Position numbers and translations under genes: made by a program. The notes beneath the pieces are model-generated. The model made no database searches. It was not told the origin of the DNA and saw only the letters and a program-made list of their open reading frames with translations. A stretch of DNA of 64,000 nucleotides from the NCBI GenBank assembly GCA_036253495.1, contig GCA_036253495.1_4125.1; one strand, 5' to 3'. The first letter of the stretch is position 1. Every line of letters begins with the position of its first letter. The stretch comes from a phage. This document shows, in pieces, positions 7,478 through 15,856 of this stretch.

Positions 7478-7879
7478 ATGACCTTCTCAATCACTTCTTA
7501 CGCTGACGTTTTAGTACTGGCTCGGACTTTTGGTAAAGATGCACTGGAGTACGCTGTAAGTAATGGTACTATCCAACCGGAGCAGTGCCGCATCATTGGA
7601 AACTGCAAACGTTGGGCGGTATCCAATACTATTGCACTGGAAAACTTCAACGATGGCAACAATGAATATTCTGTTGATGTAGTATTCGAAGCCGTTGATC
7701 TCGGCGGTATCTATAACACTAACCTGAATGATGTGCGTATCGTTCGCACGGGGTTCGGTGCTTATGATGTATCTATTCGTGAAGCTATGAACACCGGATA
7801 CATTAGCAAGGACTTACTTGCTCACATCATGCAGCTGTGGACGGAACGTAACGAAGCACGCACTATCTTAGGACTGTAA
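7478..7879 (+). CDS. hypothetical early protein (133 aa)
   Basis: SD TAAGGAG + ATG 7478; track start 7415 is in the -10. Confidence 0.65.
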   Translation: MTFSITSYADVLVLARTFGKDALEYAVSNGTIQPEQCRIIGNCKRWAVSNTIALENFNDGNNEYSVDVVFEAVDLGGIYNTNLNDVRIVRTGFGAYDVSIREAMNTGYISKDLLAHIMQLWTERNEARTILGL

Positions 7880-7903
7880 GCATTACACATCACCAAACAT
7901 CAT

Positions 7904-7923
7904 AGGCCGCTCTCTAGCGGCCT
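7904..7923 (+). other. GC-rich stem-loop without T-tract
   Basis: AGGCCGCTCTCTAGCGGCCT perfect inverted repeat; mRNA-stability or processing site candidate. Confidence 0.4.
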
Positions 7924-7947
7924 TAACTATATCAGGAGTACACACAC

Positions 7948-8157
7948 ATGATCTATACAGTATACAGCGTTCTAGGTACTATTGCAGGCGTACACGATAA
8001 CGTCAATGATGCTATGCGTACAGTACTGCAACAGGTTCCACTAAAGCCTAAGACTATTAAGCAGATGACAGCACGACTAACCAGGGCAAAGGCTGGCGGT
8101 GAAGTCTGGCAGGACTACGCGGATACGCAGATTATCATTGCAGTAAGTAATGATTAA
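7948..8157 (+). CDS. hypothetical protein
   Basis: track ORF 69 aa; SD CAGGAG. Confidence 0.6.
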   Translation: MIYTVYSVLGTIAGVHDNVNDAMRTVLQQVPLKPKTIKQMTARLTRAKAGGEVWQDYADTQIIIAVSND

Positions 8158-8202
8158 TGAATTAAATGATTCAGTACTAAAACTATTAGTCAGAAAATAA
8201 TC

Positions 8203-8231
8203 GGTGCATTTTTAAAATGCATCGTTTTTTA
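8203..8231 (+). terminator. rho-independent terminator
   Basis: GGTGCATT..AATGCATC hairpin then GTTTTTT. Confidence 0.6.
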
Positions 8232-8339
8232 TTTTAACCAGTACACTATAACGTATGAAATAGTTTCGACCTGTTATTATAACTTAGGGCAACTAGGGGC
8301 GGGTAATTGCTTAGCTCGTGTGAAGGGGTTCATAGGGTA

Positions 8340-8369
8340 TTGACTTTTTATATGAATCGTGTATTATAT
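8340..8369 (+). promoter_or_regulatory. sigma70-like promoter of the GTNYQ-family array
   Basis: TTGACT 8340-8345, TATTAT 8362-8367. Confidence 0.5.
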
Positions 8370-8397
8370 GATTGATATTAATTTTAAGGGAGTCCCT

Positions 8398-8595
8398 ATG
8401 CGTATTTTAACACAAGAAGAGCATCACGAAAGACTTATCAATAACATGGCTATGATAATGTATAAGTCTCATAAACGTGGTAATGCCTATAAACGTGAAT
8501 TAGTTATGGAACTATTCTTAGGAACTAACTTACAAAATGAATATGTTAAACTATATGTAAAAGAGTTATGTTTAGAGATAAATGGTAAACTATGA
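8398..8595 (+). CDS. GTNYQ-family small protein
   Basis: SD AAGGGAG + ATG 8398; motif LFLGTNLQ. Confidence 0.7.
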   Translation: MRILTQEEHHERLINNMAMIMYKSHKRGNAYKRELVMELFLGTNLQNEYVKLYVKELCLEINGKL

Positions 8596-8792
8596 AAATG
8601 CGTACATTAACTCAAGATGAATATCATCATATACTACGTAAAAACACGGCAAGAATTTACCAAAGCAATGTGCACTTAGAAAGAGTTGAGTTGTACCTGT
8701 TGATTACGATGGGAACAAACTATCAGGAAGTGTGGATAACTCACTATTTGGAATCTTTGAAAGCTGACATACGAGCTAGGAGAAAACTATGA
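8592..8792 (+). CDS. GTNYQ-family small protein
   Basis: track ORF; TMGTNYQ; ATGA coupling; near-duplicate of 8789-8989. Confidence 0.75.
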   Translation: MKMRTLTQDEYHHILRKNTARIYQSNVHLERVELYLLITMGTNYQEVWITHYLESLKADIRARRKL

Positions 8793-8989
8793 AAATGCGT
8801 ACATTAACCGAAAAAGAATATCAAGCTCTACTACGTAAAAACATGGTAAGGATTTACCAAAGCGATGTGCACTTAGAAAGAGTTGAGTTGTACCTTTTGA
8901 TTACAATGGGAACCAACTATCAGGAAGCATTGATATCGAAATATTTGGAATCTTTGAAAGCTGACATACGAGCGAGGTGCAAACATTGA
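8789..8989 (+). CDS. GTNYQ-family small protein
   Basis: track ORF; TMGTNYQ; near-duplicate of 8592-8792. Confidence 0.75.
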   Translation: MKMRTLTEKEYQALLRKNMVRIYQSDVHLERVELYLLITMGTNYQEALISKYLESLKADIRARCKH

Positions 8990-9195
8990 AAATCATAACA
9001 CAGACACAAGCATTTGGTCGTATATTGAAATACCTTGATGACATGATAGATATACATAGTGACCTCCCTAAAACTGTAATCGACGCCAAAAGAGCAGAAT
9101 ATCGCATGATGGCTGTACTGAACACAAACTTTCAGGAAGAGTATGTCAATGATTGGATTGGATTTTTAATTGAAGATATAAAGAGTAAACTATGA
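8986..9195 (+). CDS. GTNYQ-family small protein
   Basis: TTG 8986 after SD GAGGTG (track uses GTG 8977); motif LNTNFQ. Confidence 0.6.
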   Translation: MKIITQTQAFGRILKYLDDMIDIHSDLPKTVIDAKRAEYRMMAVLNTNFQEEYVNDWIGFLIEDIKSKL

Positions 9196-9404
9196 TTATA
9201 TTAACACCAGAGCAATATAGGAAACGTTACAATTCTAAGCAGATTGAAATCTTGCTGATATATGCAGACAGGGATGATGTATACTTATCAAAAGTTATGG
9301 AAAAAGAATTACTTATGGGTGTCTTCTTAGGAACTGACCACCAGAAATCTTATGTCCAAGAGTATCTAATAGCTCTTGAGAAATACATCAGGAGTAAACT
9401 ATGA
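9192..9404 (+). CDS. GTNYQ-family small protein
   Basis: track ORF; FLGTDHQ; ATGA coupling. Confidence 0.7.
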   Translation: MIILTPEQYRKRYNSKQIEILLIYADRDDVYLSKVMEKELLMGVFLGTDHQKSYVQEYLIALEKYIRSKL

Positions 9405-9625
9405 ACTGCATTAATAACTTTGAATACGAGGCTCGCTCAAGGTGTGCATCTCAAAAAGAGAACCACATTTACTTCACTATGATGTACTTATCTTGGAATG
9501 AAATTGAAGAAATGGTTGCTGAAGTATGGCTGTTTGAATTCATGGGGACGCAGTATCAGAATAGGTTTGTGGGTGAGTATCTTAATGTTCTTATGAAACA
9601 TATAGAAAGAAAGGGAATGAACTAA
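9401..9625 (+). CDS. GTNYQ-family small protein
   Basis: track ORF; FMGTQYQ. Confidence 0.7.
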   Translation: MNCINNFEYEARSRCASQKENHIYFTMMYLSWNEIEEMVAEVWLFEFMGTQYQNRFVGEYLNVLMKHIERKGMN

Positions 9626-9876
9626 TGAAAGTATTATCAAGCACTGAGTATCAATCTGCCCTATTCTCTTTACTAAACACCCTTCGCAAGAACAATGAAC
9701 TTTATCCTTCCCCTGAGAATGATGTAGTTAATGGTGACGTGTTTCTACTTAAATTCGTTGGAACTAATAAACAAGATATCTTCACTGATCGTTATATCAA
9801 TGCACTAAGAAACCTTGTAGCGTATAAAACCCGCCAGGCCAAAAGAGAATGGAAGAGACAATGCGATCCAGAATAA
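9625..9876 (+). CDS. GTNYQ-family small protein
   Basis: track ORF; FVGTNKQ. Confidence 0.7.
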   Translation: MKVLSSTEYQSALFSLLNTLRKNNELYPSPENDVVNGDVFLLKFVGTNKQDIFTDRYINALRNLVAYKTRQAKREWKRQCDPE

Positions 9877-10109
9877 ATCACATCATGTACGTTAAACTAT
9901 TTCAGAAACTAATCCACAAACACTATGATACAGTATCTGATAAACTCACTAATGATATCAGCAGACTTATTCACTGTGAAGCAGAGATGCTTGTACTGAT
10001 GACGGGAGACGATACACAAACAATCTCTAAGGCAATAGAGAACTATCTGGAAGCATATCAACAACATATAAGAACGGAAGTCTGGAGACGAGAGAATGAA
10101 AATCCTTAG
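9861..10109 (+). CDS. GTNYQ-family small protein (divergent)
   Basis: ATG 9861 (track 9849); degenerate motif MTGDDTQ. Confidence 0.55.
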   Translation: MRSRINHIMYVKLFQKLIHKHYDTVSDKLTNDISRLIHCEAEMLVLMTGDDTQTISKAIENYLEAYQQHIRTEVWRRENENP

Positions 10110-10311
10110 TGGGTATGAATATTACAGGCTGTTGCGAACTATACAAGCAAAAGTTTCTAGTATTTCTTTAAACAAATCTATTGCACAAGTGGACAAATGT
10201 GTTATAATAACTGAAATGAAGCTATCTATCTTCATTGGGACAAACTATCAAAGCATCTACACTGACGCATGGTTAGCAAGTCTACGTAACAAGGTGATAT
10301 CCAGAGAATGA
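10096..10311 (+). CDS. GTNYQ-family small protein
   Basis: track ORF; FIGTNYQ. Confidence 0.7.
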   Translation: MKILSGYEYYRLLRTIQAKVSSISLNKSIAQVDKCVIITEMKLSIFIGTNYQSIYTDAWLASLRNKVISRE

Positions 10312-10526
10312 AAAAATTACAAGGTTTTGAATATATTAAGCTTCTGCAAACCTGTGAAATCCAAAGAAGAAAGATTCAAAAGGCTAAAAGAATTACCGCA
10401 GAACGAAAGTTTACACTGATAACTGAAGTCTATGTAGAGGCACTCTTAGGCACAAACTATCAACAAACGTATATAGACCTATGGATTGATGCACTCCAGA
10501 AAGAGGTTAAAAGTAAATGCAAATGA
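10308..10526 (+). CDS. GTNYQ-family small protein
   Basis: track ORF; LLGTNYQ; ATGA coupling. Confidence 0.7.
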   Translation: MKKLQGFEYIKLLQTCEIQRRKIQKAKRITAERKFTLITEVYVEALLGTNYQQTYIDLWIDALQKEVKSKCK

Positions 10527-10741
10527 TTAATTTAAGTAAAGATGAATATTATGTACGTCTTGCAAAAACTTATTCATTACGCAAGGCCATTTATGAAAGT
10601 CACATTATTGAACAATCAAATAAGTGGATTGTAGTAAATGAAATCAAGATGCTTTCAGTCTTAGGAACAAACTATCAAGCGAGTGCTGTACTGAAGGTCA
10701 TTAATGCACTTCAAAATGAGGTCCAAAGTAAATGCAAATGA
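10517..10741 (+). CDS. GTNYQ-family small protein
   Basis: track ORF; VLGTNYQ; starts MQM overlapping ..KCK stop. Confidence 0.7.
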   Translation: MQMINLSKDEYYVRLAKTYSLRKAIYESHIIEQSNKWIVVNEIKMLSVLGTNYQASAVLKVINALQNEVQSKCK

Positions 10742-10995
10742 TCAATTTAAGTCAAGATGAATATAACGAGCGACTTGCAAAAATCTCACCTAAACGTAAT
10801 GCAATCTATCACAGCCAAGAAATTCAACACAGTAAGAAGATGATTATGTTTCGTGAGTTAAAGATGGGTGTCTTCTTAGGAACAAACTATCAAGAGACAG
10901 AAGTAAATCGCGTCATAACCGAGTTACTCATGGAAATCAGAGGTAAGCTGTACTTTCATCAAATGACCCAACCACTGAGGTGTAATGAGAAATGA
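10732..10995 (+). CDS. GTNYQ-family small protein
   Basis: track ORF; FLGTNYQ. Confidence 0.7.
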   Translation: MQMINLSQDEYNERLAKISPKRNAIYHSQEIQHSKKMIMFRELKMGVFLGTNYQETEVNRVITELLMEIRGKLYFHQMTQPLRCNEK

Positions 10996-11228
10996 ATAAA
11001 ATTAATAACATCAACTTAGCAGAAAGATTTGATAGAATTGGGGAAGCTCTGAGAAGATACGATAAAGCATATGGTCATTTAAGCTTTACCATAGAAACGA
11101 GATATGCCCTTGAAGAAGAGTTTAAAATGCATAGTCTCTTAGGCACACAGTATCAAAAACAATATGTTCAAAAATGGATTGAATGTTTAATCCAAACAAT
11201 TCATGTGAGGAACATAAAATGCAAATGA
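10992..11228 (+). CDS. GTNYQ-family small protein
   Basis: track ORF; LLGTQYQ. Confidence 0.7.
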   Translation: MNKINNINLAERFDRIGEALRRYDKAYGHLSFTIETRYALEEEFKMHSLLGTQYQKQYVQKWIECLIQTIHVRNIKCK

Positions 11229-11473
11229 TATACTTAACAGACGATGAAATAAAAGAAAGAATAATTAAATCCAGAAAACATACAAATCAACTGCCAAAAG
11301 ACCCAAATCAAACCCCTGCTGAAAGGAGTGCAGAAGTATTATATCAACAACTCCTGTACTTTCTTGGAACTGATAGACAGGATTATTATGTTCGATCGAT
11401 TCTTAGATATCTTAAAATGACTATTCAGGAAAAGATACATGACCAAATATATAAAAATCTTAACAGTCAATGA
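11219..11473 (+). CDS. GTNYQ-family small protein
   Basis: ATG 11219 (MQMIYL, family-typical; track 11183); FLGTDRQ. Confidence 0.65.
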   Translation: MQMIYLTDDEIKERIIKSRKHTNQLPKDPNQTPAERSAEVLYQQLLYFLGTDRQDYYVRSILRYLKMTIQEKIHDQIYKNLNSQ

Positions 11474-11690
11474 ATATCATAAGATTATCATGAAGACTAA
11501 TATTGAGAATTCTAAAAAATCAAATACCAAGTACATTCTGGAACACACATTTGAAGAACGACAATTAGCTTTAGTTGAAGCAAAACTTCTTGCACTATTA
11601 GGGACTAACTATCAAGACGAGTACGTAAGAAAACTAATATACCTTTTAACTAAACACATCAGGAAAAGAAATGCAGCACTTGACAGATGA
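11439..11690 (+). CDS. GTNYQ-family small protein
   Basis: track ORF; LLGTNYQ. Confidence 0.65.
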   Translation: MTKYIKILTVNEYHKIIMKTNIENSKKSNTKYILEHTFEERQLALVEAKLLALLGTNYQDEYVRKLIYLLTKHIRKRNAALDR

Positions 11691-11880
11691 CGAATACGGT
11701 GTTATCATCCTTGATGTTATCAATAAAGAATACCATAGGAAACAACGATACGCTTGTTATGAAGATAAACAGCTTTCTATAGCTGAACAACAATTAGTTC
11801 ATTTATTAGGAACAAACTATCAAGAACAATGCACTGAACGTTACCTGTATCTACTGTCGAGGAAAACACAAAGATTATGA
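11671..11880 (+). CDS. GTNYQ-family small protein
   Basis: track ORF; LLGTNYQ. Confidence 0.7.
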   Translation: MQHLTDDEYGVIILDVINKEYHRKQRYACYEDKQLSIAEQQLVHLLGTNYQEQCTERYLYLLSRKTQRL

Positions 11881-12092
11881 AAATTTTAAGCGAAGGTGAT
11901 GAAGTAATATTACTTATAGAGAATTCAAGTAAATTCTTAAACATATCACTGTCTGATATAGATGAAGATGACAAAGAAGTACTGAGAGCAGATTTAAGAG
12001 TACTGTTACATCTCGGAACAAACCTACAAGAACAATTTGTTGAGGACTACATCAATGAACTTAAAGAATCAGTACTGAGAAGATGCAAATGA
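11877..12092 (+). CDS. GTNYQ-family small protein
   Basis: track ORF; HLGTNLQ; ATGA coupling. Confidence 0.7.
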   Translation: MKILSEGDEVILLIENSSKFLNISLSDIDEDDKEVLRADLRVLLHLGTNLQEQFVEDYINELKESVLRRCK

Positions 12093-12325
12093 AAATCATT
12101 TCACCTACTGAATACAACCAACTATTAAGTAGTTTAATTCCAAAGTTGCATCGTAGCTGGTCAGCAGAATTATCACAGGATGAAAAAAATATTCTAATAA
12201 GTGAAATCTATGTTCTAGCTACTATAGGAACTAACTATCAAGAACACATCATCGTGGATTATATTAATACACTTAAAAGGGTAATACAATTAAAATGCAC
12301 AGACAGCACATACACAAACCCCTAG
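12083..12325 (+). CDS. GTNYQ-family small protein
   Basis: track ORF; TIGTNYQ. Confidence 0.7.
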   Translation: MQMKIISPTEYNQLLSSLIPKLHRSWSAELSQDEKNILISEIYVLATIGTNYQEHIIVDYINTLKRVIQLKCTDSTYTNP

Positions 12326-12525
12326 GAACAGCAGAATACATTGAACTAATGGCAGCAAACTTCTCATCCTTTCAGAAACTGAGGCAAGAATCAAATAATG
12401 ATTTAGAATATCATATCAAAAGTTCAGATTTAAGATTGTTACTCACTCTAGGAACAGACAGTCAGTACAAATTCGTACAGGAGCATATTAGAGCACTTTT
12501 AAATGGCATCAGGGATAAACTATGA
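12295..12525 (+). CDS. GTNYQ-family small protein
   Basis: track ORF; TLGTDSQ; start uncertain. Confidence 0.6.
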   Translation: MHRQHIHKPLGTAEYIELMAANFSSFQKLRQESNNDLEYHIKSSDLRLLLTLGTDSQYKFVQEHIRALLNGIRDKL

Positions 12526-12737
12526 AGGAAATATCAAATCAAGAGTACTTGGCACTATTCAGAAAAAATAAGAAAGAATTTATTGTACTTGATACAAGAA
12601 CTGATATAGGGGAACTTGAAAAAAATCTTTTGCGTTCAGATATGATAGTACTGATACTCTTAGGAACACAGCATCAAGAAAGAACTGTTAATTCACACAT
12701 AGAAATACTTAAGAAGCTTATACAGGAAAAGTTATGA
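12522..12737 (+). CDS. GTNYQ-family small protein
   Basis: track ORF; LLGTQHQ; ATGA coupling. Confidence 0.7.
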   Translation: MKEISNQEYLALFRKNKKEFIVLDTRTDIGELEKNLLRSDMIVLILLGTQHQERTVNSHIEILKKLIQEKL

Positions 12738-12955
12738 GAATCATAACACAAAAAGATATGTTTAAGTTAGCAAGGGATCATGCATCTGAAATTGATGCTA
12801 TAGTATCAAAAAGTTACAATGACCCTTATACACAAGATGTACACTACAATGAATTATGGGTGTATATACTTTTAGATACAAATTATCAAGAGCAAGCAGT
12901 ACAGAGGTATTTGAGTGCTTTAAGTACTGCTACTGCTAATGGAATAGGTGTTTAA
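12734..12955 (+). CDS. GTNYQ-family small protein
   Basis: track ORF; LLDTNYQ. Confidence 0.7.
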   Translation: MRIITQKDMFKLARDHASEIDAIVSKSYNDPYTQDVHYNELWVYILLDTNYQEQAVQRYLSALSTATANGIGV

Positions 12956-12957
12956 AA

Positions 12958-13299
12958 ATGAAAACTAATATTCAACTTAAGGTTTATAAATCATTTGCAA
13001 GTACATATATCAAATGCAGTCTATGTAAAGATGTAATGGACTACAAAGGTAAGCCATTCACGATTACTTACGATTCTACAAGAGGTTTTTATATATCTTT
13101 TGCTGATTACAAATATAACATGTACGAACACATTGACATTGAAGATTTAAGTACTTTATCTGAAGAAGAATACTTTCAAGAATCATTAGTATGGGATTTA
13201 GAGTTTCCTATGCCATTGGTACATAAGATGATAGTACTAATAAAAGAAACTAAACAGGAGCCTAATAGTGCTTATGAAGAACACATTATTGAGTACTGA
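12958..13299 (+). CDS. FQxS-family protein
   Basis: track ORF; motif SEEEYFQESLVWD. Confidence 0.7.
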   Translation: MKTNIQLKVYKSFASTYIKCSLCKDVMDYKGKPFTITYDSTRGFYISFADYKYNMYEHIDIEDLSTLSEEEYFQESLVWDLEFPMPLVHKMIVLIKETKQEPNSAYEEHIIEY

Positions 13300-13302
13300 A
13301 CC

Positions 13303-13533
13303 ATGAAAAGATTATCATTCGAAGAGTACTGCAAGCTTATTAATACTTTACAACCACAAATAAAACAAATAAATTCTCTTCCTATATCCCAAGAAGAACG
13401 TGCAGTACTGAAAGATGAGTTAATTTTAAAATGCACAGTAGGTACTAACTATCAAGCTGATAGTGTTCGTTATCTAATTTGGGGTTTAATGTGCATAATA
13501 GAGAACAAAGCAGTTGACAGTACTCTAATGTAG
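13303..13533 (+). CDS. GTNYQ-family small protein
   Basis: track ORF; TVGTNYQ. Confidence 0.7.
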   Translation: MKRLSFEEYCKLINTLQPQIKQINSLPISQEERAVLKDELILKCTVGTNYQADSVRYLIWGLMCIIENKAVDSTLM

Positions 13534-13582
13534 TGCTATAGTGTCAGTACTTTTTCGAGCGTTAAAATATAGGGTACAGATT

Positions 13583-13828
13583 ATGTTAAAATTTTTAAAT
13601 TTCCTTATCGTCTTGTGTATTGTTCTTGGGATTGCACCGTTTGTATTAGCGTATCTGGATTCAGATGAAATGCACAAGATGAATTGCACAAAGACAGGAC
13701 AGAGTAGAAAAGAGACGGTTATGATGCCCGTAACGGTTATTGTGAATAACATGCCGATTACAAACATGGTCCCTACCCTAACGACAACGTACCAGTACTC
13801 TTGTGATGACGGAGAGAGGTGGAGATAA
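13583..13828 (+). CDS. hypothetical small membrane protein
   Basis: ATG 13583 within track ORF 13541; N-terminal TM helix FLIVLCIVLGIAPFVLAYL. Confidence 0.45.
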   Translation: MLKFLNFLIVLCIVLGIAPFVLAYLDSDEMHKMNCTKTGQSRKETVMMPVTVIVNNMPITNMVPTLTTTYQYSCDDGERWR

Positions 13829-13835
13829 TGCGATA

Positions 13836-14162
13836 ATGCGTAAGATCAATTGTATAAAAAGAGCGAATACATGTTTCATTGCGTTGACCAATGTACCGGG
13901 TGGGTCTGGTGTTAAGATATTTGAGTACAATAAAGTTGATAATTGTTTCTATTGGGTAGAAGGTATCAAATCATATGAAAATACGATAGCAGTACCGAAT
14001 CTAGTTGATATCTCTGAAGAAGAAGAGTTTCAGTACATGTTAGTACACGATGATTCTTTTGGGTTGACATACAAAGAGATGAAGGAAGTACAAAGGCAGA
14101 TGATATCATGTATGAATATTTCTAAGCATTTCCTTCAAAATATTCATCCAATTTACGTATAA
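13836..14162 (+). CDS. FQxS-family protein
   Basis: SD GGAGAGAGGTGGAGA + ATG 13836; motif SEEEEFQYMLVHD. Confidence 0.65.
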   Translation: MRKINCIKRANTCFIALTNVPGGSGVKIFEYNKVDNCFYWVEGIKSYENTIAVPNLVDISEEEEFQYMLVHDDSFGLTYKEMKEVQRQMISCMNISKHFLQNIHPIYV

Positions 14163-14171
14163 GAGATTAAT

Positions 14172-14507
14172 ATGAAATTCAACATTCATAGAATTAATTC
14201 CGGTTGTATATTTGCTTATACGCATGAGAATTACAAGAAGTACATGAATCATGAAGTACATTATGTTTTTGAGGACGGTAAAGAATATTTTGCTTATTTG
14301 AGTCCCAGGAGTTTAGGTAAGTACGAGTTGCTTCAGGATCTTTCTCTTATGCAGGAAGATGAATTATTTCAGTACAGTCTAATTCATGACCCTTATATGT
14401 TTGATATAGATATTATGTGCAGTTTACAGAAGAGGATGAAAGAAGTTTGGGATTCGATTAAAAGAGGTGATTGTATAGAATATGATAGTATACAAGAAGA
14501 TGCCTAA
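14172..14507 (+). CDS. FQxS-family protein
   Basis: track ORF; motif QEDELFQYSLIHD. Confidence 0.7.
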   Translation: MKFNIHRINSGCIFAYTHENYKKYMNHEVHYVFEDGKEYFAYLSPRSLGKYELLQDLSLMQEDELFQYSLIHDPYMFDIDIMCSLQKRMKEVWDSIKRGDCIEYDSIQEDA

Positions 14508-14700
14508 CGGATATGAATTGAAGTACAGACATTTTATTCGAAATGTAGATTCAGATCCTTTTAATGTTAAAATGGCAGAGTTCGATTTATTATTTTATCT
14601 AGGAACGAGAGCACAGCCACAATTCGTTGATGCATACATAAGGGCTTTACGAACAGAGATAGTATGCACACCAAAGGAGTCTAAATGTACAAAAATGTAA
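14482..14700 (+). CDS. GTNYQ-family small protein
   Basis: track ORF; FYLGTRAQ; start uncertain (alt ATG 14500). Confidence 0.6.
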   Translation: MIVYKKMPNGYELKYRHFIRNVDSDPFNVKMAEFDLLFYLGTRAQPQFVDAYIRALRTEIVCTPKESKCTKM

Positions 14701-14942
14701 ACCATCATTTGTACGCATCAAAGTACAGGGATTTTTGTTTACAAGGGGGCGATGAAGATTTTGCTTTGCGATTATCGGAATTTAATATGTTATTTTATCT
14801 TGGTACATCAGTACAAGAAGAAATGGTACAGAAATTTATCAAGCACCTTGAACGAAAAATTCATACGCAAATTTTGGTTGTTAAGTTACAGAATGAGATA
14901 AATGAATACAATGCAGAATCTAACAATAGTACAGGATCTTAG
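14685..14942 (+). CDS. GTNYQ-family small protein
   Basis: track ORF; FYLGTSVQ. Confidence 0.65.
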   Translation: MYKNVNHHLYASKYRDFCLQGGDEDFALRLSEFNMLFYLGTSVQEEMVQKFIKHLERKIHTQILVVKLQNEINEYNAESNNSTGS

Positions 14943-15303
14943 ACCAGTAATAATGATGTTAAATGCAAGACGAGATTTATGGCACGAAATGCATAACAAG
15001 AAGGATTCATTTGCACAAATCAATTTAGTCTTTCAGGAGTTAATCCAGAGTGCATTGGATGTTATTGAACCAAAATACAAAGATGGTATATTCTGTGTAA
15101 AGAATGCAGTTCGTCCTCATGCAATTCCAAGGAAAATTAAGTTAGCTAGATTAACATTTGACGAGAGGGATTTCTTCAGTTATAATCCCAGTACAGCTTT
15201 ATATTTTATTCCTGATTCAGACAAATATCATCCTATCCATTACGGATGGATTATGTCTTATATAGTAAATGAAACGGAATACCCTATTAAATGGGAAAGA
15301 TGA
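14902..15303 (+). CDS. hypothetical protein
   Basis: track ORF 133 aa. Confidence 0.55.
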   Translation: MNTMQNLTIVQDLRPVIMMLNARRDLWHEMHNKKDSFAQINLVFQELIQSALDVIEPKYKDGIFCVKNAVRPHAIPRKIKLARLTFDERDFFSYNPSTALYFIPDSDKYHPIHYGWIMSYIVNETEYPIKWER

Positions 15304-15479
15304 TGATAGATGTTAAGACATTAAATGCATTACAGGATTCATTATTAGATAGTATTAAGCTGTATTACAATATGCATTTGAGGGGTGGTATCAATGATTA
15401 CAATTATTATTTGAGTGTAATTATATTTGAGCATCTTTCAGTACAGGATAGAATTTTACACAAGTACAAACATTATTGA
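15291..15479 (+). CDS. hypothetical small protein
   Basis: track ORF 62 aa. Confidence 0.45.
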   Translation: MGKMMIDVKTLNALQDSLLDSIKLYYNMHLRGGINDYNYYLSVIIFEHLSVQDRILHKYKHY

Positions 15480-15490
15480 GGAAACAAAAT

Positions 15491-15850
15491 ATGTTCAATA
15501 AAATCATGTTCATTTTAACATTTGTGTTTTTATCATTCACAAACACCGCTCATGCAGTACATGCAGAACAGGCATCATCGGATGTACCGTTATATGAAAC
15601 ATACAAATTTGATTGCAGATTGCAGAATAATGAAATAATCAATATCTTTTTACACAATACAGAAGTACCTTATTTGCAGATTGAAGCAACGAAGTACATG
15701 TATTATGGTACGAATTCGGTACAGGAATTTTTATTCAAACACACCAATCAGGATGTAATTATATCATTGCAGTACGTTGATAGTTCATTGTCTTTAATGC
15801 ATTTCAAGAATGCAGAGGGATTAGTTACAGTGCTCAAATGCTATAGGTAA
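15491..15850 (+). CDS. hypothetical secreted protein
   Basis: SD GAGGAAA + ATG 15491; signal-peptide-like MFNKIMFILTFVFLSFTNTAHA. Confidence 0.6.
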   Translation: MFNKIMFILTFVFLSFTNTAHAVHAEQASSDVPLYETYKFDCRLQNNEIINIFLHNTEVPYLQIEATKYMYYGTNSVQEFLFKHTNQDVIISLQYVDSSLSLMHFKNAEGLVTVLKCYR

Positions 15851-15856
15851 TAATAT

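Noticed and set aside
3791-8595. ORF-track start codons at 3791, 5253, 5594, 7415, 8359 (also 2514, 2819, 33816)
   Set aside because: These starts fall inside promoter hexamers, 5' hairpins or terminators; a downstream ATG with a good Shine-Dalgarno gives a protein consistent with neighbouring cassettes.
8398-13533. Possibility that the regular ~200-230-bp periodic array is a CRISPR or other non-coding repeat array
   Set aside because: Units are about 210 bp, diverged at the nucleotide level, each with a full ORF, conserved protein motif and coupled start/stop codons; no short identical direct repeats separated by unique spacers.
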